In this document: one piece after another, positions 31,040-38,585 of the stretch | Position numbering within the stretch: the first letter of the stretch is position 1 | Layout: each line of letters begins with the position of its first letter | DNA from: a virus | DNA length: 38,585 nucleotides | Strand: one strand, 5' to 3' | Virus record (IMG/VR): IMGVR_UViG_3300045988_036717 | The notes under the pieces: model-generated | Databases searched by the model: none | Told to the model about the DNA's origin: nothing | Seen by the model: the letters and a program-made list of their open reading frames with translations, nothing else | Translations under genes and position numbers: made by a program

Positions 31040-31603
31040 TTAAACTGAAGTTTTTGCCATCAGTCCTTCAAGATATGTGACAGCTTCAGTCTTTGTATCA
31101 AACGTGTCTGTCTTTGACCATGTGCCATCAGCCAATGTTGCAACAGTTCCTACAAGCTCAGTTGTACTGAATGATACGCTTTCGCCTTTTGTAGCATCAT
31201 CCTGTGACGGTTCTGAGAACTTAACCTTGCACAGGAACTCTACCGTGTACTTGTAAGCTCCGTTCACCATCTTTGTGACAATTCTTCCGAAACCTACATA
31301 CGGCGCAACATCGTTTGAATTTCTGACAAGCCCTTTCCCACTTTCTGATACCTCATGTCCAAGAAGGTCTGCCATGACCTGCACATCTTCGTTGTCGATT
31401 CCTGCTGTAACAGACCCCTTCTGAAAAGATGTATCGCTCTCAGCCAATGCATCATCTGCATACAAAGACGCATCATTGTTGCTGATATCCACTTTGCATG
31501 AAATAGCCTTGGCTGGCTTTTTCGCGCCATCATAAGTGGCTTTGCCATCTTCCGATTCCGTAAGTTTTGAATATCGGAAGTTATTTAACCCGATTTTAGC
31601 CAT
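31040..31603 (-). CDS. Major tail protein (phi13-like family)
   Basis: MAKIGLNNFRYSKLTESEDGKATYDGAKKPAKAISCKVD... Confidence 0.8.
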   Translation of the reverse strand: MAKIGLNNFRYSKLTESEDGKATYDGAKKPAKAISCKVDISNNDASLYADDALAESDTSFQKGSVTAGIDNEDVQVMADLLGHEVSESGKGLVRNSNDVAPYVGFGRIVTKMVNGAYKYTVEFLCKVKFSEPSQDDATKGESVSFSTTELVGTVATLADGTWSKTDTFDTKTEAVTYLEGLMAKTSV

Positions 31604-31950
31604 TATTCGCTCCTTTCAATTGAGAAACATAATGTTTTGTGATAATACTTTGTATCGTCCTCGTACATATCTTCGGACGATCTGTCCGGTTCCCACATAA
31701 ACCCGACAGCTGTAAGCAATCCCTTTAGCGCCTTGATAATCGGCTTGTAATTGCCTTTTGTGTAAATATCAAAGTCATAATACTCGATATAATTTAGCAA
31801 TTCGTCATCACCGTGTAACGTACTCTCTGCATCTGTTTCCATATACGTGATGTACGTTTCTTCGTTGCCATTATACCGCAAGAACTTGACTGGAATTTTT
31901 TTGCCGTTTACCGTGAAGTCACTCAATGTTTTTTCGATGAGGTTATTCAT
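31603..31950 (-). CDS. Tail completion / tail terminator-like protein
   Basis: The call rests on its position between the gp10-like gene and the major tail gene. It is 115 aa. Confidence 0.5.
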   Translation of the reverse strand: MNNLIEKTLSDFTVNGKKIPVKFLRYNGNEETYITYMETDAESTLHGDDELLNYIEYYDFDIYTKGNYKPIIKALKGLLTAVGFMWEPDRSSEDMYEDDTKYYHKTLCFSIERSE

Positions 31951-32371
31951 CTAAAAGCCCCCCGCTTAAACTCTTCTGCGCTTCTTCCATCGCTTTCATG
32001 ATTTGTGATTTTTTGAAAGACTTTCGGAAAAAAGGATGCTTTGGATATTTCCTTTTGTCACTACCATATTCGAACATGTTAGCAACAAGTGGTGCAGGAG
32101 TCTTCCTTCCATCTTTGTTGATGAAATATCCAGTAATCATGACTTTTGTGTTGATACCATCATCTGACGGCGTTTTATAAACTTTCGACAGTTTCACATG
32201 ACTGCTAAAGCCTGAACTTCTCAGCGACTCTGGAAGTGCTGAAATAACGTTCTTGTATACGACCTCTGCCCCTGCTTTGGTCATGCCACCAAAGATGTGA
32301 TCAAACTGCTTGTCGATGTAAGATATATCTTTCAATACGCTATCATCAATATCAATAACAAGTTTTGCCAT
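31943..32371 (-). CDS. HK97 gp10-family head-tail joining protein
   Basis: The call rests on position and size, plus the sequence FGGMTKAGAEVVYKNV. Confidence 0.55.
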   Translation of the reverse strand: MAKLVIDIDDSVLKDISYIDKQFDHIFGGMTKAGAEVVYKNVISALPESLRSSGFSSHVKLSKVYKTPSDDGINTKVMITGYFINKDGRKTPAPLVANMFEYGSDKRKYPKHPFFRKSFKKSQIMKAMEEAQKSLSGGLLDE

Positions 32372-32697
32372 CAGTGTGTCACTTCCTTTGCCTGAATTTC
32401 CAATTCTACACTGTTTTCGTCCACGTTGTTCAGATACTCAATCGTATATGTTTTGCCGTGAAATTCAATCAGCATATCTCTTGTGATCTCTGTTTTCGGA
32501 TACCTAATAGTGAAGTTGGTGTATGCTTTCTCAAAATCAGAATTGTTCGCAATCAGCGTAAAGCCTTTTGTCGTTCTCACATATGCATATGGTGTAAGAA
32601 TCACCTGTTTCTGTTCTGTCTGAAAGCCATCCTCGTCTGTCACAATCACAGTTTTATAAATTGTGATACGCTTTGAATACTTCCCTGCATTTAACAT
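32371..32697 (-). CDS. Head closure / head-tail adaptor protein
   Basis: MLNAGKYSKRITIYKTVIVTDEDGFQTEQ...YAYVRTTKG... Confidence 0.65.
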   Translation of the reverse strand: MLNAGKYSKRITIYKTVIVTDEDGFQTEQKQVILTPYAYVRTTKGFTLIANNSDFEKAYTNFTIRYPKTEITRDMLIEFHGKTYTIEYLNNVDENSVELEIQAKEVTH

Positions 32698-32707
32698 GAT
32701 TCACACC

Positions 32708-33007
32708 TTACAACAGATTGACGCTATGCATCGCAAGAATGCTCTGAACAGTATTGTTCAAATCCTTACTGTCAACGTACATCGTCCGGTTGTCCCACAT
32801 GTCCTGACAAAGAATAAGCACCACAATCACAAATTCAGGATATTTGTCAACGCCATCATCGTCAAGTCCTGTATAACTTTTGATAAATGAGGTTGCAATA
32901 GAAATAAGCGTGGCCAATGTATTTTTATCACTGTCTGTTACTTCGTCCAGTCTCAAATAATCTGCGACGCTATCCACTGTAATATCACTGACTTTGCTTA
33001 CTTCCAT
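32708..33007 (-). CDS. gp6-like head-tail connector protein
   Basis: VADYLRLDEVTDSDKNTLATLISIATSFIKSYTG. Confidence 0.65.
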   Translation of the reverse strand: MEVSKVSDITVDSVADYLRLDEVTDSDKNTLATLISIATSFIKSYTGLDDDGVDKYPEFVIVVLILCQDMWDNRTMYVDSKDLNNTVQSILAMHSVNLL

Positions 33008-33023
33008 ATTGTTTCACCCCTTC

Positions 33024-34163
33024 TTATTTACCTGCTGCCATCACAAGTTTTGCAAGTTTTTGCGTATCGGCAACCTTTGCATCCCACTCAACGAAAGCTA
33101 GAATTCCAAGTAAATGTTCTTCTGCATATCGTTCTTGTAATACCTGCATGTTAGCATTTTCTGAAACCTTCACAGCTAAACCAGAGAAGTCACCGTAATA
33201 AATGGTTGTTTTTCCTGCAAGCATCTTGTCCATCGCATCAGAGCAATAAACATCCTTGCCTAGAAGTGTATATCCCCACTTTGCTGTAAAGTCACGATTT
33301 AATAAATAATCGCCTTCATTATCTTTTAACTTTCTGATTGCATTTCGAGTTTCACGGTTCATAATCCAAATAGAATTACCCTGATAGTTGTCAATCACCT
33401 TGTCTTGTAAATCCATCAACTCGTCAGATGTAATCTTTGTGGCTGCGGCAGTTGTAACAGTCATATCTGATGTAATGCCCTTCAAACCATCAACCTTACC
33501 TTCTGTACCGAACAAAATCTCATGTTCGAAATACAATGCGATTGCCTGTGCCATTTTTGCTTCGACAAAGCCGACGATGTCAAAGTTTGAGTTGTTAATC
33601 AAGCTCTTTGAGATTTTTGCTAAGCAACGTGCAAGGAATCCGTTAAGTTCAATCTGGCTGATAACAACCTTTCCAGACTCTGCTGTTGTTCCCTCATCCG
33701 CATACTGCATCACGATAGAACTGTTCTGTGCGTCATACTTTGGTAATACTAGCTTGCCCGTGATGTTATAGCGGTCTGCCATAGAGAACACAGGTGAGAT
33801 TTCGATAACTTGAGAAATGATTTCATTCCAAACAGTTGTCGGAATAAGTGTTTTTGCATCGGCAGGCATTGTCGGTGTGTCAGTATTCACAATACCACGA
33901 ATTGCATTCTCGAATGTTTTGCGATCTTTTTCAGCATTTGTCATTTCAACATGTGGTGCAGGAACTTCCTTCATGCTCATGCCTGCCATATGGTCATACA
34001 TAGCAACAGTTGCATCAATGTCCTTGACTTCCTTTTCAAGGTCTGCAAACTGATTCTTTTCATCTTCAGATGGTAATCTGTTTTCTGCCTTTGCAGTTGT
34101 CAACAAGCTCTCCATCTGAGCGACTTTTGAATTTCGATTTTCGATGAGTTCTTTTACGTTCAT
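33024..34163 (-). CDS. Major capsid protein, HK97 family
   Basis: 379 aa with a coiled-coil delta-like N-terminus. It lies directly after the ClpP-type protease. Confidence 0.85.
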   Translation of the reverse strand: MNVKELIENRNSKVAQMESLLTTAKAENRLPSEDEKNQFADLEKEVKDIDATVAMYDHMAGMSMKEVPAPHVEMTNAEKDRKTFENAIRGIVNTDTPTMPADAKTLIPTTVWNEIISQVIEISPVFSMADRYNITGKLVLPKYDAQNSSIVMQYADEGTTAESGKVVISQIELNGFLARCLAKISKSLINNSNFDIVGFVEAKMAQAIALYFEHEILFGTEGKVDGLKGITSDMTVTTAAATKITSDELMDLQDKVIDNYQGNSIWIMNRETRNAIRKLKDNEGDYLLNRDFTAKWGYTLLGKDVYCSDAMDKMLAGKTTIYYGDFSGLAVKVSENANMQVLQERYAEEHLLGILAFVEWDAKVADTQKLAKLVMAAGK

Positions 34164-34933
34164 TTTTTTGCCCCTCCGTCATTCTTTAATGAACTAATAA
34201 TATTCTCGTATGCCGAATAATCAAGCACACGATCCTCGACAGACTTTTTAGTCTGTTTTGGTCTTTTTAGTGTATCTGGCACATGCTTATAATTTCTAAA
34301 CAAGTCTGTTGCACATGCCTGTACATCCTTCACTGTTTCAAGTGCATTCACATTGAAATAATTCCCGATGTACATATCATCATCTGCATTACCGCTGAAC
34401 CACGTTTCGTTGTTCACCAGCTCTGCGATTTTTTCTGCTGTGATTCCTTCTTTTGCCTTTGCTTCATACATTGGCAACATCGTTCCGCTTTCAATCAGAT
34501 TGAGTGTGTCAATGTCATGTTGTAGCTCGTTAGCATTTCCATATGCAAACGTCATTGGCTTGTGAATCATCAGCACAGAATTTTTGTAAATGTTAATATC
34601 GTCTGCAACCATGGCAAGATATGTAGCGGCACTTGCACACAATCCATCAATGTACGCATGAATCTTTGCTCCGCTATTCTGTCTGAATCTTTTCAACATG
34701 CTGACCATTGCGGAACTTGCAAACACTGAGCCACCGCCTGAGTTGATGTAGATATTAAAATCTGTCACACCGTTCAAGCTGTCAATCTCTGCCTTAAATG
34801 CGTTTGTGTCAACTGCTGTTTCTGATTTCTCACCAGTCCACCAGTCCTTCGTGTTCTCATCAACAATATCGCCATAAACATAAAAATCAGCGCTTGTTTT
34901 CGTCAGATTCTTCAAGTACTTGTAATTCATCAT
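34160..34933 (-). CDS. ClpP-family prohead protease
   Basis: INSGGGSVFASSAMVSMLKRF...IDGLCASAATYLAMVADD...VLMIHKP. The start is probably the ATG pair at 34933/34930 (AGGGGG SD). Confidence 0.85.
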   Translation of the reverse strand: MMNYKYLKNLTKTSADFYVYGDIVDENTKDWWTGEKSETAVDTNAFKAEIDSLNGVTDFNIYINSGGGSVFASSAMVSMLKRFRQNSGAKIHAYIDGLCASAATYLAMVADDINIYKNSVLMIHKPMTFAYGNANELQHDIDTLNLIESGTMLPMYEAKAKEGITAEKIAELVNNETWFSGNADDDMYIGNYFNVNALETVKDVQACATDLFRNYKHVPDTLKRPKQTKKSVEDRVLDYSAYENIISSLKNDGGAKK

Positions 34934-36152
34934 CTGCCCCCTGTTCAGTTTCTTCAACTTTCTCAGCCGTTTCTTCTTCTTCATTTCCACCTGTCACCTG
35001 TCCGGTGTTTGGAGTGTAATACGTTCCGGTTTCAATATCATACAGAACTGCTCCAAGTCCAACATTGATCACGTCCATACCCTCAATGTAATTGAGATTT
35101 TCCATACGGCGCAATTCGTTTATCGTCATAAGTCCTGTATCTTTTGCAACCTTGTAAGCATCGAATCTCTCTTTGATGCTTGCCTTCACAATTTCTTTCG
35201 TATCAAATTCAAAGAAGAAGTTTTTCTTTTCTTTTTCTAACAGCAACGTGCTGTTTAGCGCTGTCTCAAATGCTTTAATAATCGGATATATCGCTTCCTT
35301 AAATGTCAGATTGAAATCACTATGAATGTGGAAAACTCCATTGATTTCATCCTGTAATGTTTTCTTCGACTCATTCAACTGCATTTCAACAGAACTGTTT
35401 GACGACTCCTGAAACTTGATGCCGTTATTCAAGACCATGACGGACTCGGTGTTGTTGGCATATAACCTTTTCCATGCTTCTTTCAGCTTGTCGATTTCTT
35501 CCTGTCCTAAACGTCTTTCGGCTTGTAAGAATCCTTTTTTATTACCACCTGTCTGAACCAGTCCAAGCTGATACACCAACGTACTGTATGCCGTTTCAAG
35601 TGCTTTTGAAATTTCTTCCGTCAATCCCTTTCCGCTTGCTCCGTCTTTGGTATTTCTCAAGAGTTTTACCATGTTCCACGGATAGATTTTATCCGTGCCA
35701 ACATAGAACTGTACGAAGCGATTCATCGGGTCGGAATTTGACCACACAGTGACATTTATATCTGGAATATATTTCAGTGCTGTTACGTTGTTCTGTCTGT
35801 CTATCTGGATGTAACAATATCCACCTTTGCCGAGTAAATAATCCTCGACCATGGCCTTTTTTGTCTGAAACCCGTCAAGCGTGTTTCCTGTGTCACCGTT
35901 CAACATTCGTACACGGCTGTCATTCTGCACTTCCTCAACTTTGCCTTTCTTGTACTTGTAAAGTTTAACAGGCATTGCAGCAATCGACCCACTGATAAAA
36001 TCAACAGCGCCTGATACGGCAGGAAGCGTGAGTGCCTTTTCCCTCGTGATTGTCTCATTATTGAGCAATGCCGATAACAGCACATCGTCAAGCTGAACAC
36101 TTTGATCGTTAAGATTTATTTTATTCTTAAATATTTTTTTGAATAGTGCCAC
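34887..36152 (-). CDS. Portal protein (HK97 family)
   Basis: The call rests on position and size. The probable start is GTG 36152 (VALFKKIF, GGGTGG SD). The track extension to 36215 covers a promoter-like region. Confidence 0.8.
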   Translation of the reverse strand: MALFKKIFKNKINLNDQSVQLDDVLLSALLNNETITREKALTLPAVSGAVDFISGSIAAMPVKLYKYKKGKVEEVQNDSRVRMLNGDTGNTLDGFQTKKAMVEDYLLGKGGYCYIQIDRQNNVTALKYIPDINVTVWSNSDPMNRFVQFYVGTDKIYPWNMVKLLRNTKDGASGKGLTEEISKALETAYSTLVYQLGLVQTGGNKKGFLQAERRLGQEEIDKLKEAWKRLYANNTESVMVLNNGIKFQESSNSSVEMQLNESKKTLQDEINGVFHIHSDFNLTFKEAIYPIIKAFETALNSTLLLEKEKKNFFFEFDTKEIVKASIKERFDAYKVAKDTGLMTINELRRMENLNYIEGMDVINVGLGAVLYDIETGTYYTPNTGQVTGGNEEEETAEKVEETEQGADDELQVLEESDENKR

Positions 36153-36176
36153 TCTCGTTACCACCCTTTTATAGTA

Positions 36177-36191
36177 TTTTCTATTTGAAAC
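36177..36191 (-). promoter_or_regulatory. GTTTC-N5-GAAAC motif copy (one arm mismatch) upstream of the portal gene
   Basis: The plus strand reads ttttctatttgaaac. It lies 14 nt downstream of a predicted -10. Confidence 0.45.
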
Positions 36192-36205
36192 ATTTTTACG
36201 CAAAT

Positions 36206-36234
36206 AATATAGCATAAATGTACGTTTTTATCAA
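36206..36234 (-). promoter_or_regulatory. Promoter-like element between terL and portal
   Basis: The minus strand reads TTGATA (36234-36229), a 17-nt spacer, then TATATT (36211-36206). Confidence 0.4.
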
Positions 36235-37938
36235 TTAAATCATCTGGAATGTGAAGTCACCTTCATTCAAGAAATAATCCTGCTCAAGAAGGTAAATTGC
36301 ATTGATAAGTGATACCACCATATCAACTTTTCCATTGCTCTTTTTCTTGCTAACGTACATGTTTTTGTTAGTATCATATGCACATTTTGCATTTTGAAAA
36401 TTGATTTCAAGAAGCTTGTTTTCTGTGTATTTGAATTTCTGCTTAAGTATTGCTTCTTTCATCCTCTTTGTCGGAGAATGTAGCACGCTTGAATACTGCT
36501 TGATTTGAACCGTGTTATAGCCCTCATTAGCCAATTTCTGCGCTGTGCTTAATGCATTCCACCTATCATAGCCAATAGCCTGAATTTGCACGTTATAATG
36601 GCTCTCAACGCTCAAGATTAATTGCTCAACAAACGCATATGAGATAACTCTGTCACCACATGCAAACACCTTCCCGCTCTTCAGCAATTCCTGATAGTTC
36701 ACGCGTTCTGATATTGTCTTTTCCGTGATCCTGTCTGCTGGAATGAACGCAAAACTTTCTGCAAGAATGTTATCATCATCATCTACAGAAACCATGGCAA
36801 CAGATGTATTATCGTTCGATTCTGAAAGGTCAACGCCTAAATATACGACTCTGCCGTTCCAATCAATATTCGCAACCTTGCATGCTTGAACATCCTTAAC
36901 GTCAATAAATGTTTCAGTTCCTTGCCCTTGATAAATGATATTGCAGTGCTTTGTAACAAAGTTTTCGCGCTCGTTCTCAATGGCAATGGCTCTGGCTCTT
37001 TTCTTTACAAGATCATCCCAAATTTCAGGGATTTCAAGCGCCGCCGGATTAGCCTGCTTCAAAATAAGATCGTCTGTTTCCCAATCGGAAGTTTTGTCAG
37101 GTTCATATAAAAGCGCAAAAACAGTATCGTCTTTCTCGATACCGTCCAGAACCTTCTTGGCATACGCAACCTCGTCCTCGAAAGGATTGTCGATTGTCGG
37201 ATATTTTGTGCTGATGATAAAACCTAATTTGTTTACAACGTTCAACTGCCCTGATCTCATCGCTTCGACAGGATAACCGTTTGGCAATGCTCCAACCTCA
37301 TCTGCAATGAATGCATTCGGCATACGTCCATCCATACGGTTGTTACTGTATGCTAACGGAATCAATGTGTTTTCATTCGGCTTGAACTTAATGTAATCCC
37401 TTAACAGCTTAAAACGCTTCGTTCCTTTGTACTCATATAACAGCGGACTGCTTTTGATTGTATCTGAGATTGCTTCTTTTATCTCTCTCGACAATGCACC
37501 ATCTGGAGCAACTGAAAAGAACTTTGAGAACCGAGGTTCTGTCAAAAACAAGATAATAAAGATTGTGGCGACCGTGTACGTCTTGAAATTCTTTCTGCAT
37601 ATTTCCAGAAGTCCAGTCTCATATCTGCGCTTTTTCGGCTTGTCACGATATACAGTACATAACATGGCTGTATAAAATAGCCATTGATAGCCAGTGGCAC
37701 ACTTATACATCGACTGTCCTGCTTTCAATCCTTTCGGCATGTTAAGCAGTTTCAGAATGTTTTCAATCTGCTTTACCTTTTTTTCAGATACGAAGTACTT
37801 TGAATCTTTTCCTTCTACGATCCTCATCCAGTCTCGCATCTGCTTTTTGACGTATCTCGGAGTGTCTTTCTTTCTGACTGAACTTTTGCAACATTCGTAA
37901 GCCTTACTGCTCGTCGCTGCCATCATCGTCACCGCCAT
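36235..37938 (-). CDS. terL: Terminase large subunit
   Basis: 567 aa, positioned after terS and before the portal gene. The sequence is consistent with a terminase ATPase/nuclease architecture (VYLGVDLSESND). Confidence 0.85.
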   Translation of the reverse strand: MAVTMMAATSSKAYECCKSSVRKKDTPRYVKKQMRDWMRIVEGKDSKYFVSEKKVKQIENILKLLNMPKGLKAGQSMYKCATGYQWLFYTAMLCTVYRDKPKKRRYETGLLEICRKNFKTYTVATIFIILFLTEPRFSKFFSVAPDGALSREIKEAISDTIKSSPLLYEYKGTKRFKLLRDYIKFKPNENTLIPLAYSNNRMDGRMPNAFIADEVGALPNGYPVEAMRSGQLNVVNKLGFIISTKYPTIDNPFEDEVAYAKKVLDGIEKDDTVFALLYEPDKTSDWETDDLILKQANPAALEIPEIWDDLVKKRARAIAIENERENFVTKHCNIIYQGQGTETFIDVKDVQACKVANIDWNGRVVYLGVDLSESNDNTSVAMVSVDDDDNILAESFAFIPADRITEKTISERVNYQELLKSGKVFACGDRVISYAFVEQLILSVESHYNVQIQAIGYDRWNALSTAQKLANEGYNTVQIKQYSSVLHSPTKRMKEAILKQKFKYTENKLLEINFQNAKCAYDTNKNMYVSKKKSNGKVDMVVSLINAIYLLEQDYFLNEGDFTFQMI

Positions 37939-38281
37939 TAATGATCTTCATAAGCGGGTCTGCATCCTGTTCTCCTGCATCGTCAACGCCAAAGTTACGC
38001 AAAATACGCATCAATGTTGCAACTGTTTTGTTTGCGCTGTCTGTTGTCCTGTTGTAGTCACTTATTGCAGGATTTGTATACAAATTCTTCCTGTTCTTGA
38101 CGTATTCTTTTGTTACCAATGCGCCTTCTGCTTTTATCGTCTTTTCAAGCTCTGTTAAGATATTCAACTGTACCTGATAACGCTTGAATGTCGTAATGAA
38201 GAAAAAATTAGATTGGACACCACTTTCTTCGGCAATACGAATAATCTCTTGTGCCTGTTCATTTAATGATAGTTTTGTCAC
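37904..38281 (-). CDS. terS: Terminase small subunit (P27-like family)
   Basis: TKLSLNEQAQEIIRIAEESG...FKRYQVQLNILTELEKTIKAEGALV...NPAISDYNRT. The start is a GTG with an AAGGTGA SD. Confidence 0.75.
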   Translation of the reverse strand: MTKLSLNEQAQEIIRIAEESGVQSNFFFITTFKRYQVQLNILTELEKTIKAEGALVTKEYVKNRKNLYTNPAISDYNRTTDSANKTVATLMRILRNFGVDDAGEQDADPLMKIINGGDDDGSDEQ

Positions 38282-38585
38282 CTATTTCACCTTCATTTCT
38301 ACTTCTTTTCTTAGGTCACTGTTTGTCTTAAACAGACCCGTTAGATTGGTTACATCAGTAAATCCGTCACTCTTAGCCCATCTTGCACTCACACAAGCAT
38401 GGTCTGCTTTGATATTAACATAGACGCTTTCGCTACCTGTTGCCATCGAAAGACATTCAGAAATATCCTGTGCTAGTCTTTCCTGTAGCTGTAATCTTTT
38501 GGCACACAAATTCACAATTCTAGGAATCTTGCTCAGTCCAATAACTTGGTATCTATCTTCAACTTCTTTAGGAACGTAAGCAACC
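38282..38585 (-). CDS. folE: GTP cyclohydrolase I (FolE), C-terminal part (joins 1-336 across the circular junction)
   Basis: ...GLSKIPRIVNLCAKRLQLQERLAQDISECL...VNIKADHACVSAR is a FolE C-terminal signature. The frame is continuous with 336-1, giving 194 aa in total. The stop is a TAG at 38282. Confidence 0.9.
   Translation of the reverse strand, partial: VAYVPKEVEDRYQVIGLSKIPRIVNLCAKRLQLQERLAQDISECLSMATGSESVYVNIKADHACVSARWAKSDGFTDVTNLTGLFKTNSDLRKEVEMKVK
38531..38585. repeat. Second copy of the 55-bp terminal overlap
   Basis: Identical to bases 1-55. Confidence 0.95.

Overview
The window is a complete, circularly closed temperate phage genome. Bases 1-55 are identical to 38531-38585, so the unique length is about 38,530 bp. 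It is AT-rich and siphovirus-like, with an HK97-type head module. A GH25/CW_7/LysM endolysin and a Dp-1-type holin point to a low-GC Gram-positive host.

Almost everything is on the minus strand. Only a CI-like repressor and a large serine integrase are on the plus strand.

Gene order along the minus strand:
- cro-like switch (17991)
- recombination module: ERF, PD-(D/E)XK exonuclease, SSB, NinB-like, dUTPase, DUF1064
- replication module: DnaD-like initiator with internal iterons, DnaC-like loader
- about 6 kb of small unknown early genes, including a four-member paralog array
- lysis cassette, then HNH endonuclease
- a six-gene 7-deazaguanine DNA-modification cassette (ParB-like, DpdA, QueC fragment, QueD, QueE, FolE) that crosses the circular junction
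- terS, terL, portal, ClpP protease, capsid, connectors, tail tube, G/GT chaperone, tape measure, Dit
- an eight-gene fibre-like block, then Tal and a receptor-binding protein
- terminators and a candidate attP

Observations I consider most worth follow-up:
1. The deazaguanine cassette has a 5'-truncated queC that lacks the PP-loop. It also has a DpdB-like ParB-domain gene preceded by a 16-bp near-consensus parS palindrome.
2. A 15-bp motif, GTTTC-N5-GAAAC, recurs at nine regulatory positions. Three copies sit exactly 18 nt upstream of predicted -35 hexamers.
3. Three early genes are each interrupted by an in-frame TGA while TGA clearly terminates other genes.
4. There is a tandem array of domain-shuffled paralogs.

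All functional calls come from motif recognition by eye. No database search was possible.
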